Assembly: GCF_000020385.1 (NCBI RefSeq)
Contig: NC_010814.1
Location: 2,190,001 to 2,222,000 of the forward strand
Reading direction: 5' to 3'
Source of the DNA: Trichlorobacter lovleyi SZ
GTDB taxonomy: Bacteria > Desulfobacterota > Desulfuromonadia > Geobacterales > Pseudopelobacteraceae
Length of the DNA stretch: 32,000 bases
Positions 7,088 to 16,650 of this stretch are shown piece after piece; within the stretch, counting starts at the first letter, position 1, and every line of letters begins with the position of its first letter. The position numbers were made by a program, and so were the translations under genes. Below the pieces are notes generated by a model. It was given only the letters and a program-made list of their open reading frames with translations, was not told where the DNA came from and made no database searches.

Positions 7088-8935
7088 ATGCGCCGAACAC
7101 CAGTAGCACTCGTTGTACTCGTTTTTTCAATGTTGTTCATGCTGCCAGGCATACTCCACGCTACAGTGGACAAAATGGCCTACGACCCGGAAAACTGCCT
7201 TGGTTGCCACAGCAGCAAAATCAGCCTTGACAACTTTGCCGCCTCCCCCCATGGCAAAAACGGCTGTACCAGTTGTCACCTCCAGAGTGCCGACCTGAAG
7301 AAGCACATGACCGGCAATACCAAACTGGACAAGGTCAACTGTTCCCGTTGCCATGGCAATGAGACCAAGGAGTTTGAAAAGAGCGTTCATGCCAAGAGCG
7401 GACTGACCTGCGTATCCTGTCACTCGGACATCCATGCCTTCAGCTCCAAAAAAAGCGACAAGAAAGCTGCAACACTGGCCTGTATCAAGTGCCACGACAA
7501 GCAGAAGGTACACCTGAACTCAGTTCATGGTGTATCTCTGATGAAAGGCAATCCCGATGCACCCGGCTGTGCGGATTGTCATGGGCTGCACGGCATTAAG
7601 AAAGTACAACCGGCCAGCACCATTGAAGGTCGAATGTTCCATGTTGATGCCTGCATCAAGTGCCACAGTGACGAAAAAATGATGCACCGCAATCATGTCA
7701 ACGGCCATGCTGTTGAAACCTACCTGGATAGCTACCACGGCAAAGGCTATCGCCTGGGCATGCTGCAGAAGGCTGCCGGCTGTTCTGACTGCCACACTGC
7801 ACATAATGTACTTAAAAAAGACAACCCGGCCTCCTCAGTACATCCCAATAATGCCGCTAAGTCCTGCGCTCAGTGCCATACCAAGGCTACTGCACTGTTT
7901 GCCAAATTCTACTCACACGGTAGTCACCACGACCGTGAAAACTACCCCCTGATGTACTGGACCTTCAAGGCCATGGTAGGCCTGCTGGTAGGTACCTTCG
8001 CTGTATTCTGGGTTCACACTCTGCTCTGGATGTTCCGAGGTTTTGTTGAAAACCGTGAAAAACAGAAGGCCTTGATTGAAGGCCATGTACACCATGTTGA
8101 TGAACCGCACAAACTGTACTACCGTTTCAAAAAACGCCATATCTTCCTGCACTTTACGGTAATTGTCAGCTTCCTGGGTCTCTCCCTGACCGGACTGCCG
8201 CTTAAGTTCAGTGACCAGGCCTGGGCCCAGACCATGATGTCCTTCTTTGGCGGCGTTGAATATGCCGGCCTGATTCACCGTGGCTGCGCTGTACTGACCT
8301 TCTATTATTTCATGGGCGCACTCTGGATGAGTATTGACTTCCTGCTGCTGCGTAAGGATGTAAAAGGCAATGTCCTGCAGCGGATGTTCGGACCAGACTC
8401 CCTGATGCCGAACTTCCGTGACATCAAGGATGTGATCGGCATGGTCAAATGGTTCCTGTTTAAAGGGCCCAAACCGACCTTTGAACGCTGGACTTACTGG
8501 GAAAAATTCGACTTCATCGCCGTCTTCTGGGGTATGTTTGCCATCGGCGGTTCAGGTCTGATGCTCTGGTTCCCCGAATTCTTCGGTCAGTTCCTGCCCG
8601 GCTGGGCATTTAACCTGGCAACTATCGTCCACTCTGACGAGGCACTGCTGGCAACCGGCTTCATCTTCACGGTTCACTTCTTCAACACCCATGGCCGTCC
8701 TGAGAAGTTCCCGATGGACTTCGTTATCTTCAACGGTCAGATGAACAAGGAAGAGTTCATTGAAGAGCGTGGTGACCAGTGGAAGCGTTACGAAGAGCAG
8801 GGAATACTGGAGTACTTTGAAGTTGAGAAGCCCAGTGGTGTAGTCTACGACTTTATCTTCAAGACCTTCGGCTTTATTGCCGTATTCACCGGCCTTGCCC
8901 TTGTGGTGGCCATGTTGTGGGCCTTCCTGGCCTGA
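7088..8935 (+). CDS. cbcL: CbcL-like inner-membrane cytochrome: nine-haem c-type periplasmic domain fused to a multi-TM b-type cytochrome (HydC/FdnI-like) domain
   Basis: Signal peptide and nine CXXCH motifs (CLGCH, CTSCH, CSRCH, CVSCH, CIKCH, CADCH, CIKCH, CSDCH, CAQCH). These are followed by about 6 hydrophobic helices with conserved His (RHIFLHF, HSDEA, HFFNTH). GGAGAG RBS. Confidence 0.8.
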   Translation: MRRTPVALVVLVFSMLFMLPGILHATVDKMAYDPENCLGCHSSKISLDNFAASPHGKNGCTSCHLQSADLKKHMTGNTKLDKVNCSRCHGNETKEFEKSVHAKSGLTCVSCHSDIHAFSSKKSDKKAATLACIKCHDKQKVHLNSVHGVSLMKGNPDAPGCADCHGLHGIKKVQPASTIEGRMFHVDACIKCHSDEKMMHRNHVNGHAVETYLDSYHGKGYRLGMLQKAAGCSDCHTAHNVLKKDNPASSVHPNNAAKSCAQCHTKATALFAKFYSHGSHHDRENYPLMYWTFKAMVGLLVGTFAVFWVHTLLWMFRGFVENREKQKALIEGHVHHVDEPHKLYYRFKKRHIFLHFTVIVSFLGLSLTGLPLKFSDQAWAQTMMSFFGGVEYAGLIHRGCAVLTFYYFMGALWMSIDFLLLRKDVKGNVLQRMFGPDSLMPNFRDIKDVIGMVKWFLFKGPKPTFERWTYWEKFDFIAVFWGMFAIGGSGLMLWFPEFFGQFLPGWAFNLATIVHSDEALLATGFIFTVHFFNTHGRPEKFPMDFVIFNGQMNKEEFIEERGDQWKRYEEQGILEYFEVEKPSGVVYDFIFKTFGFIAVFTGLALVVAMLWAFLA

Positions 8936-8944
8936 TAACCAAGA

Positions 8945-8974
8945 TCAGGGGGCGGCAATGCTGCTGCCCCCTGA
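8945..8974 (+). other. GC-rich stem-loop between the cytochrome gene and the next ORF
   Basis: TCAGGGGGC...GCCCCCTGA 9-bp stem with no T-tract. Possible partial terminator or mRNA stabiliser. Confidence 0.3.
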
Positions 8975-8998
8975 CTCTTTAAGAGGAGTTTAAATCGT

Positions 8999-9253
8999 AT
9001 GAATAAGGATCTGTCTCTGATACTTTCCATACTGGCCTTTATCCTGTATATCGTTGGTGGACTTGGAATTTTCAGCGGTCTCTTTATGGTATTGGTACTG
9101 AAAACAAAAGAGCTGTTCGGTCTGGGTACCGCAGAAACTCTGGGCTATCTGTTCCTCTGTGTCGGTGCCTGCCTCTCTGTGGCCGGCGTACTAACCCTTC
9201 GTATTATCCGTAACCGTACCAATCAGAAACTGTACCAGGCAGCTACCTGCTGA
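8999..9253 (+). CDS. small two-TM membrane protein, unknown function
   Basis: AGAGGAG RBS 9 nt upstream. Two hydrophobic helices. Confidence 0.6.
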   Translation: MNKDLSLILSILAFILYIVGGLGIFSGLFMVLVLKTKELFGLGTAETLGYLFLCVGACLSVAGVLTLRIIRNRTNQKLYQAATC

Positions 9254-9289
9254 ATGTAAGATTTGTTCCCGGAGGGAACCGTCACTACC

Positions 9290-10963
9290 ATGGCTGACAA
9301 CGACAATTGCGAACAACTGAAATATTTCAGTCATATTATGGACTCCGTGGCAGATGGTGTCTTCACCGTAGACCGTGATATGCATGTCATTGCCTTTAAC
9401 CGCGCTGCAGAGCTGATGACCGGCATTAAGAGAGCAGATGCGGTTGGGCGCCCCTGTCACGAGATTTTCCGCACCTCGGTCTGTGACAATGGTTGTCCGG
9501 TACGGGAAGCAATGAAGAAGGGCAAACCGGTTACCAACCGTGAAGTAACCATTAAAAATGCAGAAGATAAGTTGATTCCGGTTTCAGTCAGCGCCTCCAT
9601 TCTCTATGACGATGAAGGCAACCCGATTGGCGGGGTTGAGACTCTGCGCAGCATGAAGCGTATCTACGCGATTATGGACAGCGTTGCCGATGGCCTCTTT
9701 ACGGTTGACGAAGGGATGCACATCACTCACTTTAACAAGGCTGCCGAAGAAATTACCGGGGTTTCCGCTCAGGAAGCGATCGGCAGGCCCTGCTATGAAA
9801 TCTTTAAATCCGAAGCCTGCACCGGTGCCTGCCCGATGGTTGAAGCCATTGCCACCGGCCAATCCATCCAACGGGAAGTGGAAATCAGTGATCGCAAAGG
9901 GCGTAAGAAGCTGATCTCAGTCAGCGCATCTACCCTCTATGATGCAGCCGGCAATGTCATGGGCGGAGTGGAAACCGTCCGCGACCTGACACCGATTACT
10001 GCAATTAAAGAAGAAATTCGTGAAAAATACTCGTTCCGCAGCCTGGTGAGCCGTAACCCTGCCATGCGGCGCCTGTTTGACGTCATGGAAGATATCGCTG
10101 CCAGCAATGCAACCGTCTTCCTGAACGGTGAAAGCGGCACCGGGAAAGAGCTATTTGCCAGGGCTATCCACGATTTAAGCCCCCGCCGCGAAGGTCCGAT
10201 GGTAATCGTCAACTGTGGCGCCTTGCCGGAAACCCTGCTTGAGTCAGAGATCTTCGGTGTCCGCAAAGGAGCCTTTACCGGTGCAACAGAAAACCGCCCC
10301 GGGCGGCTTGAACTGTGTAACGGCGGCACATTCTTCCTGGATGAAATCGGTGACCTGCCATTGCCGCTGCAGGTAAAACTGCTGCGTGTCCTGGAAAACC
10401 ATGAGTTCCAGCCACTTGGCGCCCGTTCTCCCATCAAGGCCGATGTCCGCTTCATCACCGCAACCCACCGTAATCTTGAAGAGATGGTGGCGGAAGGCAC
10501 CTTCCGTCAGGATCTCTACTTCAGAATCAATATTGTTACCCTCAACATCCCTCCCCTGCGTGACCGTCGCGAGGATATCCCCCTGCTTGTTGATATGGCT
10601 CTGCAACGTTTCAACCTCACCTACAATAAAAAAGTCCGCTCTGTTTCACCTGAAGTCTTGAAGCTGTTGCTTACCCACTCCTTTCCCGGCAACGTCAGAG
10701 AACTCTTGAATCTGATCGAACAGTCAGTCATACTCTGCCGCGGAACAGAGATCACTCTGGATCACCTGCCAACTAACTTTCTGGGGCAATCCCACGAGCA
10801 GGCGCAGAACACGCGTCGTTCCGGCAAGATTCCGACCGCCGCAGATCTGAATGCCCTGTTAAGCCGCTATAGCGGCAATCGGGCCGAAGTTGCACGGGAG
10901 CTGAATATCGACCGTACAACCCTTTGGCGTTGGATGAAAAGGCTTGGTGTGAAGGAGTTTTAA
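9290..10963 (+). CDS. Sigma-54-dependent transcriptional activator: PAS-PAS, AAA+ and Fis-type HTH
   Basis: Walker A GESGTGKE, GAFTGA loop and C-terminal HTH (NRAEVARELNIDRTTLWRWMKR). Two PAS domains each carry C-x9-C-x3-CP. Start taken at ATG 9290 (MADNDN) after GGAGGGA. Confidence 0.9.
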   Translation: MADNDNCEQLKYFSHIMDSVADGVFTVDRDMHVIAFNRAAELMTGIKRADAVGRPCHEIFRTSVCDNGCPVREAMKKGKPVTNREVTIKNAEDKLIPVSVSASILYDDEGNPIGGVETLRSMKRIYAIMDSVADGLFTVDEGMHITHFNKAAEEITGVSAQEAIGRPCYEIFKSEACTGACPMVEAIATGQSIQREVEISDRKGRKKLISVSASTLYDAAGNVMGGVETVRDLTPITAIKEEIREKYSFRSLVSRNPAMRRLFDVMEDIAASNATVFLNGESGTGKELFARAIHDLSPRREGPMVIVNCGALPETLLESEIFGVRKGAFTGATENRPGRLELCNGGTFFLDEIGDLPLPLQVKLLRVLENHEFQPLGARSPIKADVRFITATHRNLEEMVAEGTFRQDLYFRINIVTLNIPPLRDRREDIPLLVDMALQRFNLTYNKKVRSVSPEVLKLLLTHSFPGNVRELLNLIEQSVILCRGTEITLDHLPTNFLGQSHEQAQNTRRSGKIPTAADLNALLSRYSGNRAEVARELNIDRTTLWRWMKRLGVKEF

Positions 10964-10979
10964 GAAGGGGGTACGCTGA

Positions 10980-11753
10980 TTGACACGCGCAGACCTGCAG
11001 CAAAAAGCACATGCCATTGACACCCTGTTTGACCTTGGCCGGATTGATGAAGGAAAGGCCGCGATTTTGGAAGCCCTGGAAGCTGCCAAGGATGATCCGG
11101 CCTATCACTTTTATTTTCAGGCTGAGGCAGCCGGCTATCTTGACCACAACAGCAAAGAGCAGGGACGCCTGTTCACTGAAGCCCTCGATCTGGCACCTGA
11201 CGACCTGTTCCTGATGCGGGTGGTCGGGGTCTGGCAGCTGATGAACGGCAAGGTATGGTCAGCCGTGCGCACCTTTGACCGCGTGCTGGCACTTGAACCG
11301 AATGATGGCGATACCCTGCGCTGCATGGGAATTGCCCATTCACGGCTTGACCGGGATCGCAAGGCCATTAAATTTTATGAACAGGCCTTGTCAGTTAATG
11401 CTGCAGACAGTGATGCAATGCGTCAGATCGGTGTTTCCCTTTCAAAACTGGGTGAGGACAGGGAGTCACTGGACTGGTTCCGCAAGGCACTGGCACTGAA
11501 TGAACAGGATTACGACTCCATGCGGCAGTTGGGGATCTCGCTGGCCATGCTGTCAGATTACGAAGGGGCCCTGCAGTGGTTACGCCTTGCCCAGACCGTG
11601 AATCCGCAGGATTACGAGACACGGCTGAACATGGCACTGGTACTGAAGAAGATGCGTGGGGAAGAAACCTGGCTTGAGCGGGTTTCAATCAAGCTGGGAC
11701 GCTGGATGAGCCGTATCTGGGGCAAGTTACTGGATCGGTTTAATCTACGCTAA
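10980..11753 (+). CDS. TPR-repeat protein
   Basis: Repeated A-x-x-x-[FY]-x-x-A-L-x-x-[DN]P 34-residue units (RVLALEPND, QALSVNAAD, KALALNEQD, LAQTVNPQD). TTG start after GAAGGGGG. Confidence 0.75.
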   Translation: MTRADLQQKAHAIDTLFDLGRIDEGKAAILEALEAAKDDPAYHFYFQAEAAGYLDHNSKEQGRLFTEALDLAPDDLFLMRVVGVWQLMNGKVWSAVRTFDRVLALEPNDGDTLRCMGIAHSRLDRDRKAIKFYEQALSVNAADSDAMRQIGVSLSKLGEDRESLDWFRKALALNEQDYDSMRQLGISLAMLSDYEGALQWLRLAQTVNPQDYETRLNMALVLKKMRGEETWLERVSIKLGRWMSRIWGKLLDRFNLR

Positions 11754-11758
11754 CTGTT

Positions 11759-12028
11759 TCAGGCGGTCTCGCAGCCGATTGACAAAGCCTCATCCGCAGC
11801 TTCATCTTGCTTGGCTCCGGTTCCATGCACCGCATCAAGACGTTGCAAAGCTATTTTCAGTGCTTCTTTCATGGCAATCCGCGCATCCTGTTCCTGACCG
11901 GCGTCAAAAAGGGCATCAGACTGCTTAAGCAGGGCACCGCCACCGGCAAACGACACCACATTGGCAACATCGGTATGGCCAATGGAAACGATTCCGGTGA
12001 TTGCACTGTAATTTGTTTTTGCTTTCAT
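11759..12028 (-). CDS. 89-aa hypothetical protein with the MKAKTNYS N-terminus (paralogous 5' end to the micro-ORFs at 5922 and 6108)
   Basis: GGAGG RBS 5 nt before ATG 12028. A sigma-54 promoter lies about 40 nt upstream. The first ~24 nt of coding sequence are near-identical to the two micro-ORFs. Confidence 0.55.
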   Translation of the reverse strand: MKAKTNYSAITGIVSIGHTDVANVVSFAGGGALLKQSDALFDAGQEQDARIAMKEALKIALQRLDAVHGTGAKQDEAADEALSIGCETA

Positions 12029-12068
12029 ACATGCCTCCTGCAACAAAGCAGATTGTTTACAAAAGACA

Positions 12069-12084
12069 AAGCACAAAGCATGCC
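12069..12084 (-). promoter_or_regulatory. Sigma-54 promoter TGGCAT-gcttt-GTGCT
   Basis: The minus-strand reading has GG and GC at the canonical -24/-12 spacing. The -12 element lies about 40 nt upstream of ATG 12028. Confidence 0.6.
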
Positions 12085-12130
12085 ACACTATTTATTTGTT
12101 TAATTTCATCACGTTACATCAAAAACAACA

Positions 12131-12148
12131 TGCATCACAATTGATGCA
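12131..12148. repeat. Inverted repeat TGCATCA-N4-TGATGCA, followed by GTTGCAACAC
   Basis: Read directly from the sequence. Lies about 60 bp upstream of the sigma-54 promoter on the minus strand. Confidence 0.5.
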
Positions 12149-12197
12149 GTTGCAACACAAAATCACTCCTGAGATAAATAACAATAACAATATCAAT

Positions 12198-12233
12198 AAA
12201 TCAGGTGTTGCACAAACATGCAACACCTGATTT
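12198..12233. repeat. Perfect 15-bp inverted repeat AAATCAGGTGTTGCA-N6-TGCAACACCTGATTT
   Basis: Lies 24 nt downstream of the ppk stop and about 140 bp upstream of the sigma-54 promoter. It could be the ppk terminator (a U-rich tail follows on the minus strand), an activator UAS, or both. Confidence 0.6.
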
Positions 12234-12256
12234 AGTTAACGCAACTACGTAAGCAA

Positions 12257-14488
12257 TCAATTACTTAATAGTTTGGTTACACGCCGCTTTAAACGCTGTG
12301 CCTCCCGCGCCGATTGATTGGCCTGAGCAATCAGGAGTTGATGCAGCCCGCTCTGTTCCTGACCACTGGCCGGTTGTCGCTGCAGATAACTGCCATCCGG
12401 TTGCATCTCCCAGGCATAGCGCTGGTCAGCAACATGGGCATCCAGCAGCTCCCGTAACTGTTGCTGTAACGCTAACGACTCAACCGGGACCAGAATCTCA
12501 ACCCGCGATTCAAGGTTCCGTTTCATGGCATCAGCAGAACCAATGAAATATTCTTCCTGACCGCCATTTCTAAAATAATACAGACGACTGTGTTCCAGAA
12601 AGCGCCCGACAATACTGACCACTTTAGCCGTATCAGAAAGTCCCGGCACCCCCGGCCTGAACCGGCACGAATCCCGCACATAGAGATCTACCCGCACTCC
12701 GGCCTGACAGGCCCGATACAGGCTTTTCACAATGTCGCCATCATCAAGGGCATTCATTTTGAACTGAATCAGCCCTCCGCCCTTTTCTTGATGTAGCGTG
12801 ATCTCCCGCTCAATCTTTTCAAGCAGGGACCGTTTTAACAACTTGGGGGCCGGCAGCAGTTTTTTATAGGTCCGCTTTGGAGAGAGACCAGTGGTCAGAT
12901 AATTAAACAGTTCGGTCAGGTCCTGACCAATGGCATCATCGCTCGTGAACAGACCAAGGTCACTGTAGAGACGGGCCGTGTCAGTATGATAGTTGCCGGT
13001 ACCGATATGCACATAACGCCGGATACCGTTGTAATCACGCCGCACCACCAGAATCACCTTGCAGTGGGTTTTAAGGCCCACCACGCCGTAGGTAACATGG
13101 ATACCGGCCTCCTCCATCCGCTCGGCAATCCTCAGGTTGGCCGCCTCATCAAAACGGGCCTTCAACTCCACCACCACCGCCACCTGCTTACCATTTTCTG
13201 CTGCCCGCACCAACGACTCAATTAACCGCCCCTCCTTTGAGGTACGATAGAGGGTCATCTTGATGGCACAGACCTTGGGATCATCGGCTGCCTCATTCAG
13301 AAAACGCTCAACTGAACTGGCAAACGACTGATACGGATGTTTGACCAGAAAATCACCGCTGTTACGGATGATATGAAAGATGTTGCGGGACGACATCAAC
13401 TGGGGATGATCTTCCGGATGGTGGGGCGGATCATGCAGTTTCGGATGGTTCAGACAGGCAATCTCAAACAGGTCACGCATCCCCAGCATCTCTGATACTT
13501 CAAACACATCACTGGCCTCATCAAGATCCAGTTCTGCGGCCAGGCGACCTTTATGGACCGGATCCATGCCGGGCACCACCTCAAGCCGTACAATCGGAGC
13601 AAAGCGGCGTTCCTGCAGCTCTGACTCAATCATTGCCACCAGATCATCAGCCTTTTCTTCATCCTTCTCTGTGTTGGCATTGCGGGTTACCCGGAAAAGT
13701 TCACAGGAAACCACCTTCATACCCGGAAACAGCATATCAAGATTTGCAGCCATCACCTCTTCCAGCGGTACAAAACGTTCCCCTTTGCCGACCCGCATAA
13801 AACGGGCCACACCGGAGCCAAGCGGCACCTTGACCCGCGCCATTGAAACATCTTTTTCACGGGGATAGCGGACCGTTACCAGCAGGTTCAGCGAAAGGTT
13901 GGAGACAAAGGGAAAGGGATGGGCCGGGTCAATTGACTGGGGGGTCAGGAGCGGATAGATGTCTCGTGCATACAGCTCGCGTAACGCCTTTTGCTCACGG
14001 CTGGTAAGATCTTTCCACCCCACCACCTCAATGCCCTTCTCATCAAGCAAGTGCACCAGCTGCCTGTACAAGACAGCTTTGTCAGTGACCAGCGTACGGA
14101 CCTGAACATGACATTCCTGCAACTGCTGGCGGGGAGTACGCCCGTCAATGGTCAGTTCCTGCACACCTGCTGCCAGTTGCTGTTTCAAACCGCCAATCCG
14201 CTTCATAAAAAACTCATCCAGATTGGCACCGACTATGGCCAGAAACTTGACCCGCTCCAGCAGGGGAGTTCGCGGGTCTGATGCCTCACTCATCACCCGC
14301 CGGTTAAAGGCCAGCCAGGTCAGTTCACGGTTCAGATACCATTGGCTGTCATCAAGGTCAAAGACTTGAATGTCAGGCAGCTCGTTTAGCTCCTTATCAA
14401 CTTGCGGTACCGCTTTAACGGCCCGACGTCGTGGCTGAGCCGTTTTCTTAACAGGAGCGGCTTCACCCCCCTGGTGCACCTGATCCAT
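12257..14488 (-). CDS. ppk: Polyphosphate kinase 1
   Basis: Long PPK1-type sequence (NRELTWLAFNRRV, two PLD-like HxK-type regions, GTGNYH). Start taken at MDQVHQ (ATG 14488) after AAGGGGAAG. The track ORF continues to 14659 and would overlap the helicase start. Confidence 0.92.
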   Translation of the reverse strand: MDQVHQGGEAAPVKKTAQPRRRAVKAVPQVDKELNELPDIQVFDLDDSQWYLNRELTWLAFNRRVMSEASDPRTPLLERVKFLAIVGANLDEFFMKRIGGLKQQLAAGVQELTIDGRTPRQQLQECHVQVRTLVTDKAVLYRQLVHLLDEKGIEVVGWKDLTSREQKALRELYARDIYPLLTPQSIDPAHPFPFVSNLSLNLLVTVRYPREKDVSMARVKVPLGSGVARFMRVGKGERFVPLEEVMAANLDMLFPGMKVVSCELFRVTRNANTEKDEEKADDLVAMIESELQERRFAPIVRLEVVPGMDPVHKGRLAAELDLDEASDVFEVSEMLGMRDLFEIACLNHPKLHDPPHHPEDHPQLMSSRNIFHIIRNSGDFLVKHPYQSFASSVERFLNEAADDPKVCAIKMTLYRTSKEGRLIESLVRAAENGKQVAVVVELKARFDEAANLRIAERMEEAGIHVTYGVVGLKTHCKVILVVRRDYNGIRRYVHIGTGNYHTDTARLYSDLGLFTSDDAIGQDLTELFNYLTTGLSPKRTYKKLLPAPKLLKRSLLEKIEREITLHQEKGGGLIQFKMNALDDGDIVKSLYRACQAGVRVDLYVRDSCRFRPGVPGLSDTAKVVSIVGRFLEHSRLYYFRNGGQEEYFIGSADAMKRNLESRVEILVPVESLALQQQLRELLDAHVADQRYAWEMQPDGSYLQRQPASGQEQSGLHQLLIAQANQSAREAQRLKRRVTKLLSN

Positions 14489-14652
14489 CTTCTTCCCCTT
14501 ATGTTTACCAAGCTTGCGAGCAGCAGTCACATGCCACCTCCGGACAGTTATACTCTGATTTGATTCTACACCACTGTTACAATCATGCAACAAACAGCGG
14601 TTGTTTTGAAGCGGTTGATCAGGCCGGTCATCTGTGGTACACCACCTATCCC

Positions 14653-16650
14653 ATGTCACAACTCAATCCTGAACAATTCATCGCTGTCCACCATACCGAA
14701 GGCCCTCTACTGGTGCTGGCAGGTGCCGGATCAGGCAAGACTCAGGTCATCACCAGCCGGATCGTGCATCTGCTTGGCACCCTCAAAGTCCCGGCAGACC
14801 AGATCCTTGCGGTTACCTTTACCAACAAGGCTGCCAAAGAGATGCAGGAACGGGTCAAGCGGGCGGCAGGTGCCAAGTCGGAAGGGATGCTGATCAGCAC
14901 CTTTCACTCACTGGGGGTCCGCATCCTGCGCCGCGATATCCGCAGACTGGGCTACAAACCCAACTTCACCATCTACAGTGATAGTGATCAGTCTGGCGTG
15001 GTGCGTCAGGCCCTTTCAGACCTGAATATCGACACCAAACAGTTTCAACCGGATATGGTGCGTTGGCAGATTTCCATGGCCAAGAACCGACTGATTGCTC
15101 CTGATCAGTATCCCAAGTTGTCAACCAATCCGCTTGAGCAGGTTACCGCAGCGGTCTATCCCCGCTACCAACATCTGCTGCGGGCCTACAATGCCATCGA
15201 TTTTGACGACATCATCATGCTGACGGTACGGATGCTGGAGGAACTGCCTGAGGTTCGTCAGCACTGGCAGGACCGCTTCCGCTATATCATGGTGGATGAA
15301 TACCAGGATACCAATGCCGGCCAGTACAAGCTGATTTCATTGCTGGCACAGGGGCATGGCAACCTCTGCGTGGTGGGTGACGATGACCAGGCCATCTATG
15401 GCTGGCGCGGTGCAGATATTGCGAATATCCTCAACTTTTCTGCTGAACGCAGCAGCTGCAAGGTAGTTAAACTGGAGCAGAACTATCGCTCCACCGGCAC
15501 CATCCTGAATGCGGCAAACACCGTGATCCGCAACAACAGCAAACGCAGTGACAAGGCACTCTGGACCGCCTCAGGCACTGGCGAGCTGATCAGCCTGCTG
15601 GTGGCGGATACCGATGACGAAGAAGCCCGCCAGGTGGTGGAGCAGCTCCAACTGGCGCAATATCGTGACAAGCGTCCCTGGCGTGACTTTGCCATTCTGT
15701 ACCGTTCCAATGCCCAGAGCCGCGCCTTTGAAGAAGCGCTACGGATGGAAGAAGTACCGTACGTACTGGTGGGCGGCCAGAAGTTCTTTGAGCGTAAGGA
15801 AGTGAAAGACTCCCTCTCCTACCTGGCAGTACTGGCCAACCCGCGGGACGAGGCTGCCCTGGTCAGAACCATCAACTTCCCAAGACGGGGCATCGGCGGC
15901 ACCAGCCTGCTACGCCTGCAGCAGTGGTCCCTGGAACACAATCTGTCGCTGTACGACACCCTGGGCATGGCCGACCAGATCGAAGGGCTCAGTGAGGCAA
16001 CCCGTAAGGCAGTGAACGGCTTTCATACCATGATTAGACAGGAACTGGCTGACTTTACCAGCAATAACATGGCTTCCCAGGCAACCGCCCTGTTCAAGCG
16101 GCTGGGAATCAATCAGGAGCTGTATCGCACCATTGACAACCCGCTGCAGGCCCGCAAGCGGATTGAAAATATCGAACAGGTGATCAATGCCCTGGCCGGT
16201 TTTGAGGAACGAAACCCGACTGCAGGGCTGGCAGATTTTCTGGAGCGGATCGCCCTGTTGGAAGATAACCGGCGGGAAACTGACAATGACCAGCCCCAGG
16301 ATGCTGTTACGTTAATGTCGCTACACGCCAGCAAAGGTCTGGAATTTCCACAGGTCTTTCTGGTTGGTCTGGAGGAAGGACTGCTGCCCCACCACCGCTC
16401 CATTGATGAAGACCCTGAGGTGGCTGAGGAGCGGCGGCTCTGCTATGTGGGGATCACCCGCGCCAGGGAACGCCTGACCATCTCACGTTGCCTGAAACGC
16501 CGTAAATACGGAACCTGGGAGGAACGCCAGCCCAGCAGGTTTCTGGCTGAAATCCCACCGGAGCTGTTTGAAGGTGGAGATACGGAACACAAAGAAGCAG
16601 AACCGGTTGATATGGGGATGGATTTTTTTGCCCGAATGCAGAATATGTAG
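14653..16650 (+). CDS. UvrD/Rep/PcrA-family ATP-dependent DNA helicase
   Basis: MSQLNPEQ..., Walker A AGAGSGKT, TFTNKAAKEM, DEYQDTN, QNYRS, and VTLMSLHASKGLEF...YVGITRAR motifs. Confidence 0.92.
   Translation: MSQLNPEQFIAVHHTEGPLLVLAGAGSGKTQVITSRIVHLLGTLKVPADQILAVTFTNKAAKEMQERVKRAAGAKSEGMLISTFHSLGVRILRRDIRRLGYKPNFTIYSDSDQSGVVRQALSDLNIDTKQFQPDMVRWQISMAKNRLIAPDQYPKLSTNPLEQVTAAVYPRYQHLLRAYNAIDFDDIIMLTVRMLEELPEVRQHWQDRFRYIMVDEYQDTNAGQYKLISLLAQGHGNLCVVGDDDQAIYGWRGADIANILNFSAERSSCKVVKLEQNYRSTGTILNAANTVIRNNSKRSDKALWTASGTGELISLLVADTDDEEARQVVEQLQLAQYRDKRPWRDFAILYRSNAQSRAFEEALRMEEVPYVLVGGQKFFERKEVKDSLSYLAVLANPRDEAALVRTINFPRRGIGGTSLLRLQQWSLEHNLSLYDTLGMADQIEGLSEATRKAVNGFHTMIRQELADFTSNNMASQATALFKRLGINQELYRTIDNPLQARKRIENIEQVINALAGFEERNPTAGLADFLERIALLEDNRRETDNDQPQDAVTLMSLHASKGLEFPQVFLVGLEEGLLPHHRSIDEDPEVAEERRLCYVGITRARERLTISRCLKRRKYGTWEERQPSRFLAEIPPELFEGGDTEHKEAEPVDMGMDFFARMQNM

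Noticed and set aside
12257-14659. Full 800-aa ppk ORF and the 696-aa helicase ORF starting at 14560, which would overlap each other head-to-head.
   Set aside because: The N-terminal extensions lack homology-like sequence. Internal starts at 14488 (ppk, MDQVHQ, with RBS) and 14653 (helicase, MSQLNPEQ) give canonical N-termini and a normal divergent promoter region.
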